64,000 nucleotides of DNA from Rhodobacterales bacterium (GTDB taxonomy: Bacteria > Pseudomonadota > Alphaproteobacteria > Rhodobacterales > Rhodobacteraceae), in contig PDOZ01000032.1 of the NCBI GenBank assembly GCA_002747325.1, positions 6,962 to 70,961 on the forward strand, in the 5' to 3' direction. Below, one piece after another: positions 52,963 through 61,705 of this stretch (the stretch's first letter is position 1; every line of letters starts with the position of its first letter). A program made the position numbers and the translations under genes. The notes beneath the pieces were generated by a model, which saw only the letters and a list, made by a program, of their open reading frames with translations, made no database searches and had not been told where the DNA came from.

Positions 52963-52993
52963 TATCTAGGGAAGGTTTTTCGCGCTTCAAGGG
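52963..52993 (-). promoter_or_regulatory. Sigma-32 (RpoH)-type promoter of hsp20
   Basis: Minus strand reads CCCTTGAA-GCGCGAAAAACCTT-CCCTAGATA, against the classical CCCTTGAA-N13-15-CCCCATNTA consensus. The -35 element overlaps the stop codon of the upstream protease gene. Confidence 0.5.
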
Positions 52994-53778
52994 CGCACGA
53001 ATTTCGCGCCCGTTCCGTTGCGCTCCGCCGTGTCGCCGGGCCGGATGCCGGAGAAAACCCCGTCCGAAGAGCGCGCCAGAAGCGCCTGCAATTCCCGCAG
53101 GGGCCGGATTAGCGAGGTGCCGAGCGAAACCTTTTCACCCCCCGCCATCGCCTTGGCCGAGACCACGGAAACAATGCGCGCCGTGCCGGTGGAGAGGTCA
53201 AAAACCGGCGCGCCGGAGGAACCGAAATCCACGTCGCAATCCAGCACCAACGTCCCATCACGGCGCCCTAAAACGTGGCAAACATTCTGCAAGGAAGGCC
53301 GCTCCGCCCGGTCATGGGCATAGGACACGACCCCCACTTCCGCGCCGCGCGGCGGCAGGGCGGCTGTGGCAAACGGCATCACCCGCGTGTTGCGGATCGG
53401 ACGGTCCAGCTCGATCAGGGCAAGGTCCAGCGCCCGCTCCTCTTCGCCGTTGGCCTCAAAACGCGGATGCACCACCGCCCGTCTGGCACCGCGATAAGCC
53501 ACCGCCCGCCCGTTGCGCCAGCCAGCGAGAAACTCGATATCCTCAACCCGCACCCGCACGCCGGTCTCTTTGTCATACAAGCAATGCCCCGCCGTCAGCA
53601 CCAGCCGATCCGAGATCAGCGCCCCGGTGCAAAAACTCTGTTGGCCGAAGTTGAGCCGCCCGACCGCTTCCCATCCCCGGCTGTCATCGCCGGTCAGCAA
53701 AGTAGTCAGCGCGCCCTGCCCCATCGCCACGACCGGCGACAAGCAAAACAGCACGAGCATGACAACGACTCGAAACAT
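52987..53778 (-). CDS. Secreted trypsin-like serine protease (S1 family)
   Basis: Signal peptide MFRVVVMLVLFCLSPVVAMG. Catalytic His in LTAGHCL and catalytic Ser in DFGSSGAPVF. Confidence 0.8.
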   Translation of the reverse strand: MFRVVVMLVLFCLSPVVAMGQGALTTLLTGDDSRGWEAVGRLNFGQQSFCTGALISDRLVLTAGHCLYDKETGVRVRVEDIEFLAGWRNGRAVAYRGARRAVVHPRFEANGEEERALDLALIELDRPIRNTRVMPFATAALPPRGAEVGVVSYAHDRAERPSLQNVCHVLGRRDGTLVLDCDVDFGSSGAPVFDLSTGTARIVSVVSAKAMAGGEKVSLGTSLIRPLRELQALLARSSDGVFSGIRPGDTAERNGTGAKFVRP

Positions 53779-53926
53779 ACGCCCTCCACACGACAGAATC
53801 GGGCTTTTAGCCCCCGCCTCTTCGGCTATCAACACGTTTGGGCGAGATTATGGCAAACGCGCATAAAACACCACCGGATGCGGCGGGGAACTTGCCGCGC
53901 GCCGGGATTGCCCGCATATTCCCCCC

Positions 53927-54511
53927 ATGAACGACACAACACCCAAACCCGAAAACCTCGCCGCCGCCGCCAAATCGGCGGGCAAGAAGGGGCCGCCGCC
54001 GGTGCATCTTTGGAACCCGCCCTTTTGCGGCGATCTCGATATGCGAATCGCCCGCGATGGCACTTGGTTTTATCTCGGCACCCCGATGGGACGGTTTGAA
54101 CTGGTCAAACTGTTCTCGTCGATTTTGCGCAAGGATGGCGACAAGTATTTCCTCGTCACCCCGGTGGAAAAGGTCGGCATCGTGGTCGATGACGCGCCCT
54201 TCGTGGCGACGGATTTCACCGTATCAGACCGCGGCGCGGATCAGATTCTGACCTTCACCACCCATGTGGGCGACGAAGCACAGGCCGGGCCGGAGCATCC
54301 GATTCGCGTCACGCGCGACCCGGAGACCGGCGAACCCTCGCCCTATATCCACATCCGCGCCAATCTCGAAGCGCTGATCGACCGCAAGAGTTTCTACCGA
54401 CTGGTCGATCTGGGCGAAACCGCCGAGATGGATGGCGAAAGCTGGTTCGGCGTCCGCTCCGGTGGTGTGTTCTTCCCCATCATTCCCGCCGCCGAACTGC
54501 CGGAAAGCTGA
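53927..54511 (+). CDS. DUF1285 domain protein
   Basis: PPVHLWNPPFCGDLDMRIARDGTWFYLGTPMGRFELVKLFSSILRKDGDKYFLVTPVEK is the typical DUF1285 core as I recall it. Confidence 0.72.
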   Translation: MNDTTPKPENLAAAAKSAGKKGPPPVHLWNPPFCGDLDMRIARDGTWFYLGTPMGRFELVKLFSSILRKDGDKYFLVTPVEKVGIVVDDAPFVATDFTVSDRGADQILTFTTHVGDEAQAGPEHPIRVTRDPETGEPSPYIHIRANLEALIDRKSFYRLVDLGETAEMDGESWFGVRSGGVFFPIIPAAELPES

Positions 54512-54514
54512 TCC

Positions 54515-55270
54515 ATGCCCAAATTCGCCGCCAACCTGACGAAAATGTTTCGCGAACTGCCCTTTCTCGACCGTTTCGACGCGGCGGCGGATGCGGGATT
54601 TCAGGGCGTCGAAGTGTTCTTCCCCTATGACGACGCGGCGACGGAACTGACCCGCCGCATGGGCCGCAACGCGCTGGTTATGGTGCTGATCAACTGCCCG
54701 CCGCCCAACTGGGCCGGGGGCAGCCGGGGCTTTGCCGCCGTGCCCGGCACCGAAGCACGCTTTCAATACGATTTCCGCCGCTCGCTGCGCTACGCTCAGG
54801 CGCTCGGGGCCAAACATCTGAACCTGATGACCGGCAAGGCCGAGGGGGCGGCGGCGCGCGAAACGCTGGTGGAGAACCTGAAATGGGCGGTAACGCAGGC
54901 GCCGGAGATGAGCCTGACGCTGGAACCGATCAACCCCGACGACATGCCCGGCTATTTCCTCAACGATTTCGGGCAGACGCTGGACATTCTCGACGAGGTC
55001 GGCGCGCGTAACCTGCGCCTGCAACTCGATATGTATCACGCCCAGAAGATCACCGGCGACGCTTTCGTCACATGGGAAGCGCACCGCGACCGCATCGCCC
55101 ATATTCAGATCGCAGGTTACCCCGACCGCGCCGAGCCCCTGCGCGGCGACATCGACTACCCCGCCTTCTTCGCCGCCCTTGATGAAAGCGGCTATCGCGG
55201 CTGGGTCTCAGCGGAATACACGCCAAAGGGGCGCACGGAAGATGGGCTGTCCTGGCTCGCATCCTCCTGA
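54515..55270 (+). CDS. Hydroxypyruvate isomerase family (xylose-isomerase-like TIM barrel; Hyi/OtnI-like)
   Basis: MPKFAANLTKMFRELPFLDRFDAAADAGFQGVE...LTLEPIN...LQLDMYHAQ...GHIQIAG-type motifs. Confidence 0.8.
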   Translation: MPKFAANLTKMFRELPFLDRFDAAADAGFQGVEVFFPYDDAATELTRRMGRNALVMVLINCPPPNWAGGSRGFAAVPGTEARFQYDFRRSLRYAQALGAKHLNLMTGKAEGAAARETLVENLKWAVTQAPEMSLTLEPINPDDMPGYFLNDFGQTLDILDEVGARNLRLQLDMYHAQKITGDAFVTWEAHRDRIAHIQIAGYPDRAEPLRGDIDYPAFFAALDESGYRGWVSAEYTPKGRTEDGLSWLASS

Positions 55271-55333
55271 CACCACGCTGTCAGCAGGGGGGTGTTACAC
55301 CGCAAGGGTCAACGCGAAAAAGGAGCAACGAAA

Positions 55334-55702
55334 ATGACCCAACCCATTGTTTGCTGGACAGAAATTCCGGTAACGGACCTTGAGACTTCGGTGAAATTCT
55401 ACAACGCGGTCTTTGGCTGGAAGATGGAAATTGACAAGAGCGGCCCCAACCCGATGGCCGTGTTCGCCAATTCTTCCGACAGCGCGGGCGGGAATCTTTA
55501 TCCCGGCAAACCGGCGCAGAACGGCGAAGGCCCGACCGCCCATATCGCCGTGCCGGGCAAGCTGGAAGAGGCGATGGAACGGCTGACCAAAGCGGGCGGG
55601 GAAACCGTTTTTGGCCCGATCGAAATGCCCTTTGGCCGCTTCACATACGCCAAAGACCTCGACGGCAATTCCATCGGTCTTTTTGAACCGGCGGCCGCCT
55701 GA
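55334..55702 (+). CDS. VOC (glyoxalase/bleomycin-resistance) family protein
   Basis: 122 aa with WTEIPVTDLETSVKFYNAVFGW...KDLDGNSIGLFEP. AGGAG upstream of ATG 55334. Confidence 0.8.
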   Translation: MTQPIVCWTEIPVTDLETSVKFYNAVFGWKMEIDKSGPNPMAVFANSSDSAGGNLYPGKPAQNGEGPTAHIAVPGKLEEAMERLTKAGGETVFGPIEMPFGRFTYAKDLDGNSIGLFEPAAA

Positions 55703-56388
55703 TGCGCCGCGCCGACCGCCTGTTTCAAATCGTGCAGCACCTGCGCGGCGGGCGGTTGGTAACGGCGCAAACGCTGGCGGAGGAACTTGAGGTTTCCACC
55801 CGCACCATCTACCGCGACATCGCGGATCTGATCGGCTCCGGCGTGCCCGTTGAGGGCGAAGCCGGGGTCGGTTACGTCATGCGGCAGGGCTTCGATCTGC
55901 CGCCCCTGATGTTCACCGCCGAAGAGGTCACGGCCCTTGTGGCGGGCGCGCGGCTGACGCAGCTTCTGGGCGGGATCGAACTGGCCAATGCGGCGGCGGA
56001 AGCGCTGGTCAAGATCGAAACCATCCTGCCCGAAACCCTGCGCCAGCGCGCCACAGCCGTGCCAATCCACGCCATTGATTTTGGCAATATGTCCCCGGAA
56101 GAGCGCGCCCGGTTTGATGTTATCGAAGCCGCCTGTCGCGACCACAAACGCCTGCGTTTCGATTACATCGACGCGGCGGGCGCCCACAGCCAACGGGAGG
56201 TGCGCCCGCTGGGGCTGCATTTCTGGGGCAGGGTCTGGACGCTGGCGACATGGTGCGAATTGCGCGACGATTTCCGCAGTTTCCGCCTCGACCGCATGTC
56301 GGCGCTGCAAACCGGCGCGACCTTCCGTCTGGAAAAGGGCAAGACCCTGCAAGATCTCTACGCGCGCGAAAGCGCCTGCCTCAAATAA
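55702..56388 (+). CDS. YafY family transcriptional regulator (HTH plus WYL domain)
   Basis: MRRADRLFQIVQHLRGGRLVTAQTLAEELEVSTRTIYRDIADL... followed by a WYL-type C-terminal domain. Confidence 0.85.
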   Translation: MRRADRLFQIVQHLRGGRLVTAQTLAEELEVSTRTIYRDIADLIGSGVPVEGEAGVGYVMRQGFDLPPLMFTAEEVTALVAGARLTQLLGGIELANAAAEALVKIETILPETLRQRATAVPIHAIDFGNMSPEERARFDVIEAACRDHKRLRFDYIDAAGAHSQREVRPLGLHFWGRVWTLATWCELRDDFRSFRLDRMSALQTGATFRLEKGKTLQDLYARESACLK

Positions 56389-57373
56389 ACCCGCGCGCCT
56401 GAAACAGCGCCCGCAGGTCGGTATCGGCGCGCGGGCCGACATGCCGGATCACCTCCAGCGCGACCGCGCAGCCCATCTCCCCCGCCCGGCGCAAATCTGC
56501 GCCCGTGGCCAGCCCATAGAGGAACCCGGCGGCGAACCCATCGCCCGCGCCCGTCGCATCCACCGGCACGATGCTTTCCACCGGCACGTCGACCTGCTCG
56601 CCGCCCGACAGGATACTGACCCCGTCGCCGGAACGGGTGCAGACCACCAGCGGGCAAATCTCACCCGTGCGTGCCAAAGCCTCGCGCCAGTCGCTGCCCG
56701 GCCAAAGCGCTTCGATTTCTTTTTCGTTGCCAATGACATAATCCAGCTCGCCTTCGATCAGGCGCCGGAAATCGTCGCGGTGGCGCTCGACGCAGAACGG
56801 GTCGGAAATGGCGATCCCCGCCTTGCCGCCCGCCGCCCGGCAGGCCCGCGCCATGCGCTCGAACGCCGCCTTGCCCTTGTCCTTGTCGAACAGGTAGCCC
56901 TCAAGGAAAACGATCTCCGCCTGCGCCGCGATGGCTTCGTCAACATCCTCCGGTCCCAACTCGGCGGAAATGCCCAGATAGGTGTTCATCGAGCGCTCCC
57001 CGTCCGGCGACACGAAAATCATCGAGCGCGACGTCGGCAAGTCCGCCCCCGGCACCGGCGGATTGAGAAAGCGCGTGCCGTCCATCTCCATGGTTTCGGC
57101 ATAAAACCGGCCCAGCGCATCGTCGCGCACCCGCCCGACAAAGCCCGTCTTCAGCCCGAGATTACCGATCCCCGCCAGCGTATTGGCCACCGAACCGCCC
57201 GCCGCCTGTTTGCGGTTTTCCATCGCGCTATAAAGCAGCTCCGCCCGCTCGCGTTCGACCAGTTGCATGATCCCCTTCTCGATCCCCATCAGGTCAAGAA
57301 AGCTGTCATCCGCAAGGCTCAACACATCCACAATCGCGTTGCCGATACCGACCACCTGAAATTTCTTGCTCAT
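56381..57373 (-). CDS. Adenosine kinase / PfkB family carbohydrate kinase
   Basis: VVGIGNAIVDVL..., GGSVANT and DATGAGDGFAAGFLYG PfkB signatures. Confidence 0.8.
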   Translation of the reverse strand: MSKKFQVVGIGNAIVDVLSLADDSFLDLMGIEKGIMQLVERERAELLYSAMENRKQAAGGSVANTLAGIGNLGLKTGFVGRVRDDALGRFYAETMEMDGTRFLNPPVPGADLPTSRSMIFVSPDGERSMNTYLGISAELGPEDVDEAIAAQAEIVFLEGYLFDKDKGKAAFERMARACRAAGGKAGIAISDPFCVERHRDDFRRLIEGELDYVIGNEKEIEALWPGSDWREALARTGEICPLVVCTRSGDGVSILSGGEQVDVPVESIVPVDATGAGDGFAAGFLYGLATGADLRRAGEMGCAVALEVIRHVGPRADTDLRALFQARGFI

Positions 57374-58014
57374 ACGGTTTTTTCCTCAAAGTCACACAGA
57401 TCCCGGATCACGCAGGTCGGGCAGGCCGGTTTGCGTGCCTTGCATGTATAGCGTCCATGCAGGATTAGCCAATGGTGCGCGTGGCGCTGAAATTCGACCG
57501 GGACATTGTCCTCAATGGCGCGTTCGACCGTCAGAACATCTTTGCCGGCGGCAATCCCGGTGCGGTTGCCAACGCGAAACACATGGGTATCGACCGCCTG
57601 CGCCGGATGGCCGAACCAGATCGACAGCACCACATTCGCCGTCTTGCGCCCCACCCCCGGCAGGCTTTCCAGCGCCGCGCGCGACGAGGGCACTTCACCG
57701 CCGTATTCCTCGACCAGAATACGGCTCAGTTTGATCACGTTCTTCGCCTTTTGCCGGTAAAGCCCGATGGTGCGGATATGTTCGATCAGCCCCGCCTCGC
57801 CGAGCGCCAGCATCTCCTCGGGCGTCGAGACCTGCGCAAACAGCGCCTTGGTCGCCCGGTTCACGCCAATATCGGTCGCCTGCGCCGACAGCGCCACCGC
57901 CACAACCAGCGTATAGGCGTTGGTATAGTCCAACTCGCCGCGCGGTTCGGGGGTCTGTTCCTCGAAGCGGCGAAAGATCTGGCGGAGGCGTTGATATCCC
58001 AGTTGCTTGACCAT
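57370..58014 (-). CDS. nth: Endonuclease III
   Basis: HhH motif LPGVGRKTANVVL, catalytic region VDTHVFRV, and the 4Fe-4S ligands CKARKPACPTCVIRDLC. Start at ATG 58014. Confidence 0.92.
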   Translation of the reverse strand: MVKQLGYQRLRQIFRRFEEQTPEPRGELDYTNAYTLVVAVALSAQATDIGVNRATKALFAQVSTPEEMLALGEAGLIEHIRTIGLYRQKAKNVIKLSRILVEEYGGEVPSSRAALESLPGVGRKTANVVLSIWFGHPAQAVDTHVFRVGNRTGIAAGKDVLTVERAIEDNVPVEFQRHAHHWLILHGRYTCKARKPACPTCVIRDLCDFEEKTV

Positions 58015-58120
58015 GCGCCCTATATCGACGCTGCGGCGCGGCTCGGCAAGCGGATTGCGCATAAAACGGGTCGCCAAGCGGGGCGGGCTGGGCCATGGTG
58101 GGCCGAAAAGTGGGGGGCGT

Positions 58121-58957
58121 ATGCGCGACGAGAACAGCTATCACTATCAGGTCATCCGCCGGGCGATTGACGAGATCGACGCGGCGGGCGGGCAGACCTT
58201 GCCGCTGAGCGTGCTGGCGGAGCGGCTCGACCTGTCGCCCGCGCATCTGCAACGGGTGTTTTCCCGCTGGGTCGGCGTGTCGCCCAAGCGCTACCAGCAA
58301 TACCTGACCCTCGATCACGCCAAGTCCCTGCTCGCCACCCACCACAGCACCCTCGACACCGCGCAGAGCCTCGGCCTGTCCGGCTCCGGGCGGTTGCACG
58401 ATCTGTTTCTGCGCTGGGAGGCCATGTCGCCGGGGCAGTTCGCGCGGGCGGGCGAAGGGCTGACTATCCGCACCGGCTGGTTTGACAGCCCCTTTGGCGA
58501 GATGCTGGCGATGGGTACGGATATTGGCCTTTGCGGCTTGGGCTTCGCTTCCGAGACGGGTCGCGAGGCCACCTTCGACGACCTGCGCGCCCGCTGGCCC
58601 AAAGCAGAGTTCATCGAGGATCGCGCCGCACTCGCCCCTTGGGTCACCGCTGCGCTGAACCAATCGGGCGATGCGCGGCTGCATCTGCTGGGCGGTCCGT
58701 TTCAGATCAAGGTCTGGGAAGCGTTGCTGGCCATCCCCTCCGGGCAGGTCACGACCTATTCCGACATCGCCCAACATATCGGTTCGCCGCGTGCCGTGCG
58801 CGCCGTAGGCACCGCCGTAGGCCGCAACCCGGTCTCGTGGCTCATCCCCTGTCACCGCGTTCTGCGCAAATCCGGCGAGTTGGGCGGATACCATTGGGGA
58901 TTGCCGGTCAAACGCGCTCTGCTGGCATGGGAAACGGCGCGCAACGAGAGCCAATAA
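58121..58957 (+). CDS. AraC-type HTH fused to methylated-DNA-[protein]-cysteine S-methyltransferase (Ada/Ogt-like)
   Basis: AraC-type HTH (LAERLDLSPAHLQRVFSRWVGVSPKRY) and the C-terminal MGMT active site LIPCHRV. It is divergent from nth. Confidence 0.85.
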   Translation: MRDENSYHYQVIRRAIDEIDAAGGQTLPLSVLAERLDLSPAHLQRVFSRWVGVSPKRYQQYLTLDHAKSLLATHHSTLDTAQSLGLSGSGRLHDLFLRWEAMSPGQFARAGEGLTIRTGWFDSPFGEMLAMGTDIGLCGLGFASETGREATFDDLRARWPKAEFIEDRAALAPWVTAALNQSGDARLHLLGGPFQIKVWEALLAIPSGQVTTYSDIAQHIGSPRAVRAVGTAVGRNPVSWLIPCHRVLRKSGELGGYHWGLPVKRALLAWETARNESQ

Positions 58958-59040
58958 GCAAAGCTTCGCCGGGTTTCGCCTGTGGCATTTTTCCGTTCCG
59001 CACACTGGCAGAATCGGTTAAGCTGCGCGTGAATTCATCA

Positions 59041-59685
59041 ATGAGGTTTATCATGACTGTTCTGCGCCCCGTTCTGTTCATTCCCCTTTCCGCCGCCCTG
59101 TTGCTCGCCGGTTGCGACACGATGGGCCAGCGTCAGGCCGCCGGTACCGGCGTCGGCGCTGCTGCGGGCGGTCTTCTCGGCGGTCTGCTGAGCAAAAATG
59201 CGGGCGGCGCGGCGGTTGGCGCGGTTGCTGGCGGCATTATCGGCGGCGCCATCGGGCAGGAGCTGGACAAGCAGGCGGGCGAGCTGCGCGCAGGCTTTGG
59301 CGACAACCGCATCGGCGTGGTCAATACCGGCAAGAGCCTTGTTGTCACCATGCCGCAGGACATTCTCTTCGCCACGGGCAGCGCCCGGCTTTCCGGTGGT
59401 CTGACCGCCGATCTGCGGGTTCTGGCTGCGCATCTGAAGAAATACCCGAACTCGACCGTGCAGGTCATCGGCCACACCGACAATGTCGGCGCCGCCGCTT
59501 ATAACCTGAACCTGTCGCGCCAGCGCGCTGCGGCGGTGTCCGGGGTTCTGGTCTCCAACGGCGTTCCCGCCTCGCGCCTCGCCACCGTCGGTCGCGGCGA
59601 AGATCAGCCGGTCGCCTCGAACCTGACCGCCGCTGGCCGGGCACAGAACCGCCGGGTCGAGATCATCATCCTCCCGAACGTCTGA
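59041..59685 (+). CDS. OmpA family lipoprotein with Gly-rich (glycine-zipper) N-terminal segment
   Basis: Lipobox LLLAGC and a GxxxG-rich stretch. OmpA_C motifs FATGSARL...GHTDNVGAAAYNLNLSRQRAAAV...NRRVEI. Confidence 0.85.
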   Translation: MRFIMTVLRPVLFIPLSAALLLAGCDTMGQRQAAGTGVGAAAGGLLGGLLSKNAGGAAVGAVAGGIIGGAIGQELDKQAGELRAGFGDNRIGVVNTGKSLVVTMPQDILFATGSARLSGGLTADLRVLAAHLKKYPNSTVQVIGHTDNVGAAAYNLNLSRQRAAAVSGVLVSNGVPASRLATVGRGEDQPVASNLTAAGRAQNRRVEIIILPNV

Positions 59686-59687
59686 TT

Positions 59688-60404
59688 TCAGACACGACGG
59701 AAGGTAAGATAATGCGCTGTGCGGCCTTCGCGCAGCGCTTTTTGCTCGTAGCGGGTGGAAATCCAGTCGCCCCACGGTTCACGCCAGTCCTGCGCCGTTT
59801 CGGCCAGCCATTCAAACCCCGCGCGCGGCACTTCTTCCAACGTCTGACGCACATAATCCGGGATGTCGGTCGCCACGCGGAACTCGGCGCCGGGTTTCAG
59901 CACGCGAGCCAGCGGCGTGAGGTATTCCGGGGTGACAAAACGGCGGCGGTGGTGGCGCTTTTTCGGCCACGGGTCCGGGTAGAGTAGAAACGCTTTAGAA
60001 ATCGACTCGTCCGGCAACACATCAAACAGATCGCGCACATCGCCGGGATGCACCGCGAGGTTGGTCACCCCCGCCTTGCGAATTTTACCGAGCAGCATGG
60101 CGACGCCGTTGATATAAGGCTCACAGCCGATGATGCCGATGTCGGAGTTGAGCGCCGCCTGATGCACCAGATGCTCGCCGCCACCAAACCCGGTTTCCAG
60201 CCAGACCTCCTTGCCGCCAAACAGCGCCTCAAGGTCCAGTGGCACCCGCTCCGGGTTCTCCTCCCAGCCGACCTTGCCGGGGCTCAGCCCCGCAAGGTCT
60301 TCCTCAAGATAAGCCTGCTGACTGTCGCGCAGCCCCTTGCCCTTCAGGCGGCCGTAAAAGTTGCGATACGGCGCGCCGGATTTATGCATTTTTTCATCGG
60401 TCAT
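59688..60404 (-). CDS. trmB: tRNA (guanine46-N7)-methyltransferase
   Basis: LETGFGGGEHLVHQA...FLLYPDPWPKKRHHRRRFV is the TrmB signature. Confidence 0.9.
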   Translation of the reverse strand: MTDEKMHKSGAPYRNFYGRLKGKGLRDSQQAYLEEDLAGLSPGKVGWEENPERVPLDLEALFGGKEVWLETGFGGGEHLVHQAALNSDIGIIGCEPYINGVAMLLGKIRKAGVTNLAVHPGDVRDLFDVLPDESISKAFLLYPDPWPKKRHHRRRFVTPEYLTPLARVLKPGAEFRVATDIPDYVRQTLEEVPRAGFEWLAETAQDWREPWGDWISTRYEQKALREGRTAHYLTFRRV

Positions 60405-60433
60405 GCGGGGCTTTTAAGGCCTCGCGCCCCGGA

Positions 60434-61615
60434 TCACAACGCCGCCTTGAACGCCTCGGTCAGATCGGTGCGCTCCCAGCTGAAATGCCCCTCATCGGTC
60501 GGTCGGCGCCCGAAATGGCCATAGGCGGCGGTGCGCTGATAGATCGGCTTGTTGAGGCCAAGATGGGTGCGGATGCCGCGCGGGGTCAGGTCCATCACCC
60601 GGCCCGCCGCGCGTTCGATCTCGGCATCCGGCACTTCGCCGGTGCCATGCGTATCGACATAGATCGACAGCGGCTGCGCCACACCAATGGCATAGGAAAG
60701 CTGCAAGGTGCAGCGCGCAGCCAGCCCGGCGGCAACGATGTTTTTCGCCAGATAGCGCGCGGCATAGGCGGCGGAACGGTCAACCTTGGTCGGGTCTTTG
60801 CCGGAAAACGCCCCGCCCCCATGCGGCGCGGCGCCGCCATAGGTATCCACGATGATTTTGCGCCCGGTCAGCCCGGCATCGCCATCCGGCCCGCCAATGA
60901 CGAATTTGCCGGTCGGGTTGACGTGCCAGACGGTTTCCGGCGTGACCCAGCCTTCCGGCAGCGTTTCCACGATATAGCCCTCAATGCGGGCGCGCACGTC
61001 TGCCGGGGTCATGTCCGCGTCGAGATGCTGGGTCGACAGCACGATCTGATCCACCCCAACCGGCTTGCCGCCCTCATAGCGCACGGAAAGCTGGCTCTTG
61101 GCGTCCGGCCCCATCCAGCCCTCGGTCCCGTCCTTGCGCAGCTCCGCCAGACGGCGCAACACCGCGTGCGAATACTGGATCGGGGCGGGCATGAGGGCGT
61201 CGGTTTCGTTGGTGGCATAGCCGAACATGATACCCTGATCGCCCGCGCCCTCTTCCTTATGCTCGGAAGCATCCACCCCCTGCGCGATATGCGCCGATTG
61301 CTTGTGCAGGAAATTCGACACATTCAGGGTCTTCCAATGGAACTTGTCCTGCTCATAGCCAATATCGCGCACGCAGTCGCGCACGATGCCCTCGACCTTC
61401 TCCATATACTCGCCAAGCCGCGCCTGATCCGACAGGCCCACCTCGCCGCCAACAAATACATGATCGGTCGTGGCAAAAGTTTCGCAAGCGACCCGCGCTT
61501 CCGGCTCCTCGCGCAAAAACGCATCCAGAACCGCGTCTGAAATCCGGTCGCACAACTTATCCGGGTGCCCCTCGGACACGGATTCAGAGGTGAAGATGTA
61601 GTTGTTTCTGGACAT
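60434..61615 (-). CDS. metK: S-adenosylmethionine synthase
   Basis: [16 protein letters not shown]..., [12 protein letters not shown] and [16 protein letters not shown] are canonical MetK motifs. Confidence 0.95.
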   Translation of the reverse strand: MSRNNYIFTSESVSEGHPDKLCDRISDAVLDAFLREEPEARVACETFATTDHVFVGGEVGLSDQARLGEYMEKVEGIVRDCVRDIGYEQDKFHWKTLNVSNFLHKQSAHIAQGVDASEHKEEGAGDQGIMFGYATNETDALMPAPIQYSHAVLRRLAELRKDGTEGWMGPDAKSQLSVRYEGGKPVGVDQIVLSTQHLDADMTPADVRARIEGYIVETLPEGWVTPETVWHVNPTGKFVIGGPDGDAGLTGRKIIVDTYGGAAPHGGGAFSGKDPTKVDRSAAYAARYLAKNIVAAGLAARCTLQLSYAIGVAQPLSIYVDTHGTGEVPDAEIERAAGRVMDLTPRGIRTHLGLNKPIYQRTAAYGHFGRRPTDEGHFSWERTDLTEAFKAAL

Positions 61616-61620
61616 GGGGT

Positions 61621-61670
61621 CGCTCCGTTAGAAAAAATAGCCCCGCCACGTCAGGAAGCCGTTGTGGCAG
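61621..61670 (-). promoter_or_regulatory. Probable SAM/SAH riboswitch in the metK leader
   Basis: The leader RNA CUGCCAC-AACGGCUUCCUGAC-GUGGCGG forms a hairpin. The loop segment GCUUC can pair with the downstream Shine-Dalgarno GGAGC (H-type pseudoknot), which lies 8 nt before the AUG. This class is reported upstream of metK in Rhodobacterales. I matched it from memory of the motif, not with a covariance model. Confidence 0.55.
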
Positions 61671-61705
61671 TTGGTGGCCCTCCTTACGCCTGCCCGCGGG
61701 CGGCG

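Noticed and set aside
57695-59005. 436-aa minus-strand ORF, and the similar 433-aa + ORF at 60239..61540
   Set aside because: They are antisense to ada/ogt-like plus nth, and to metK, respectively. Both real genes carry canonical active-site motifs.
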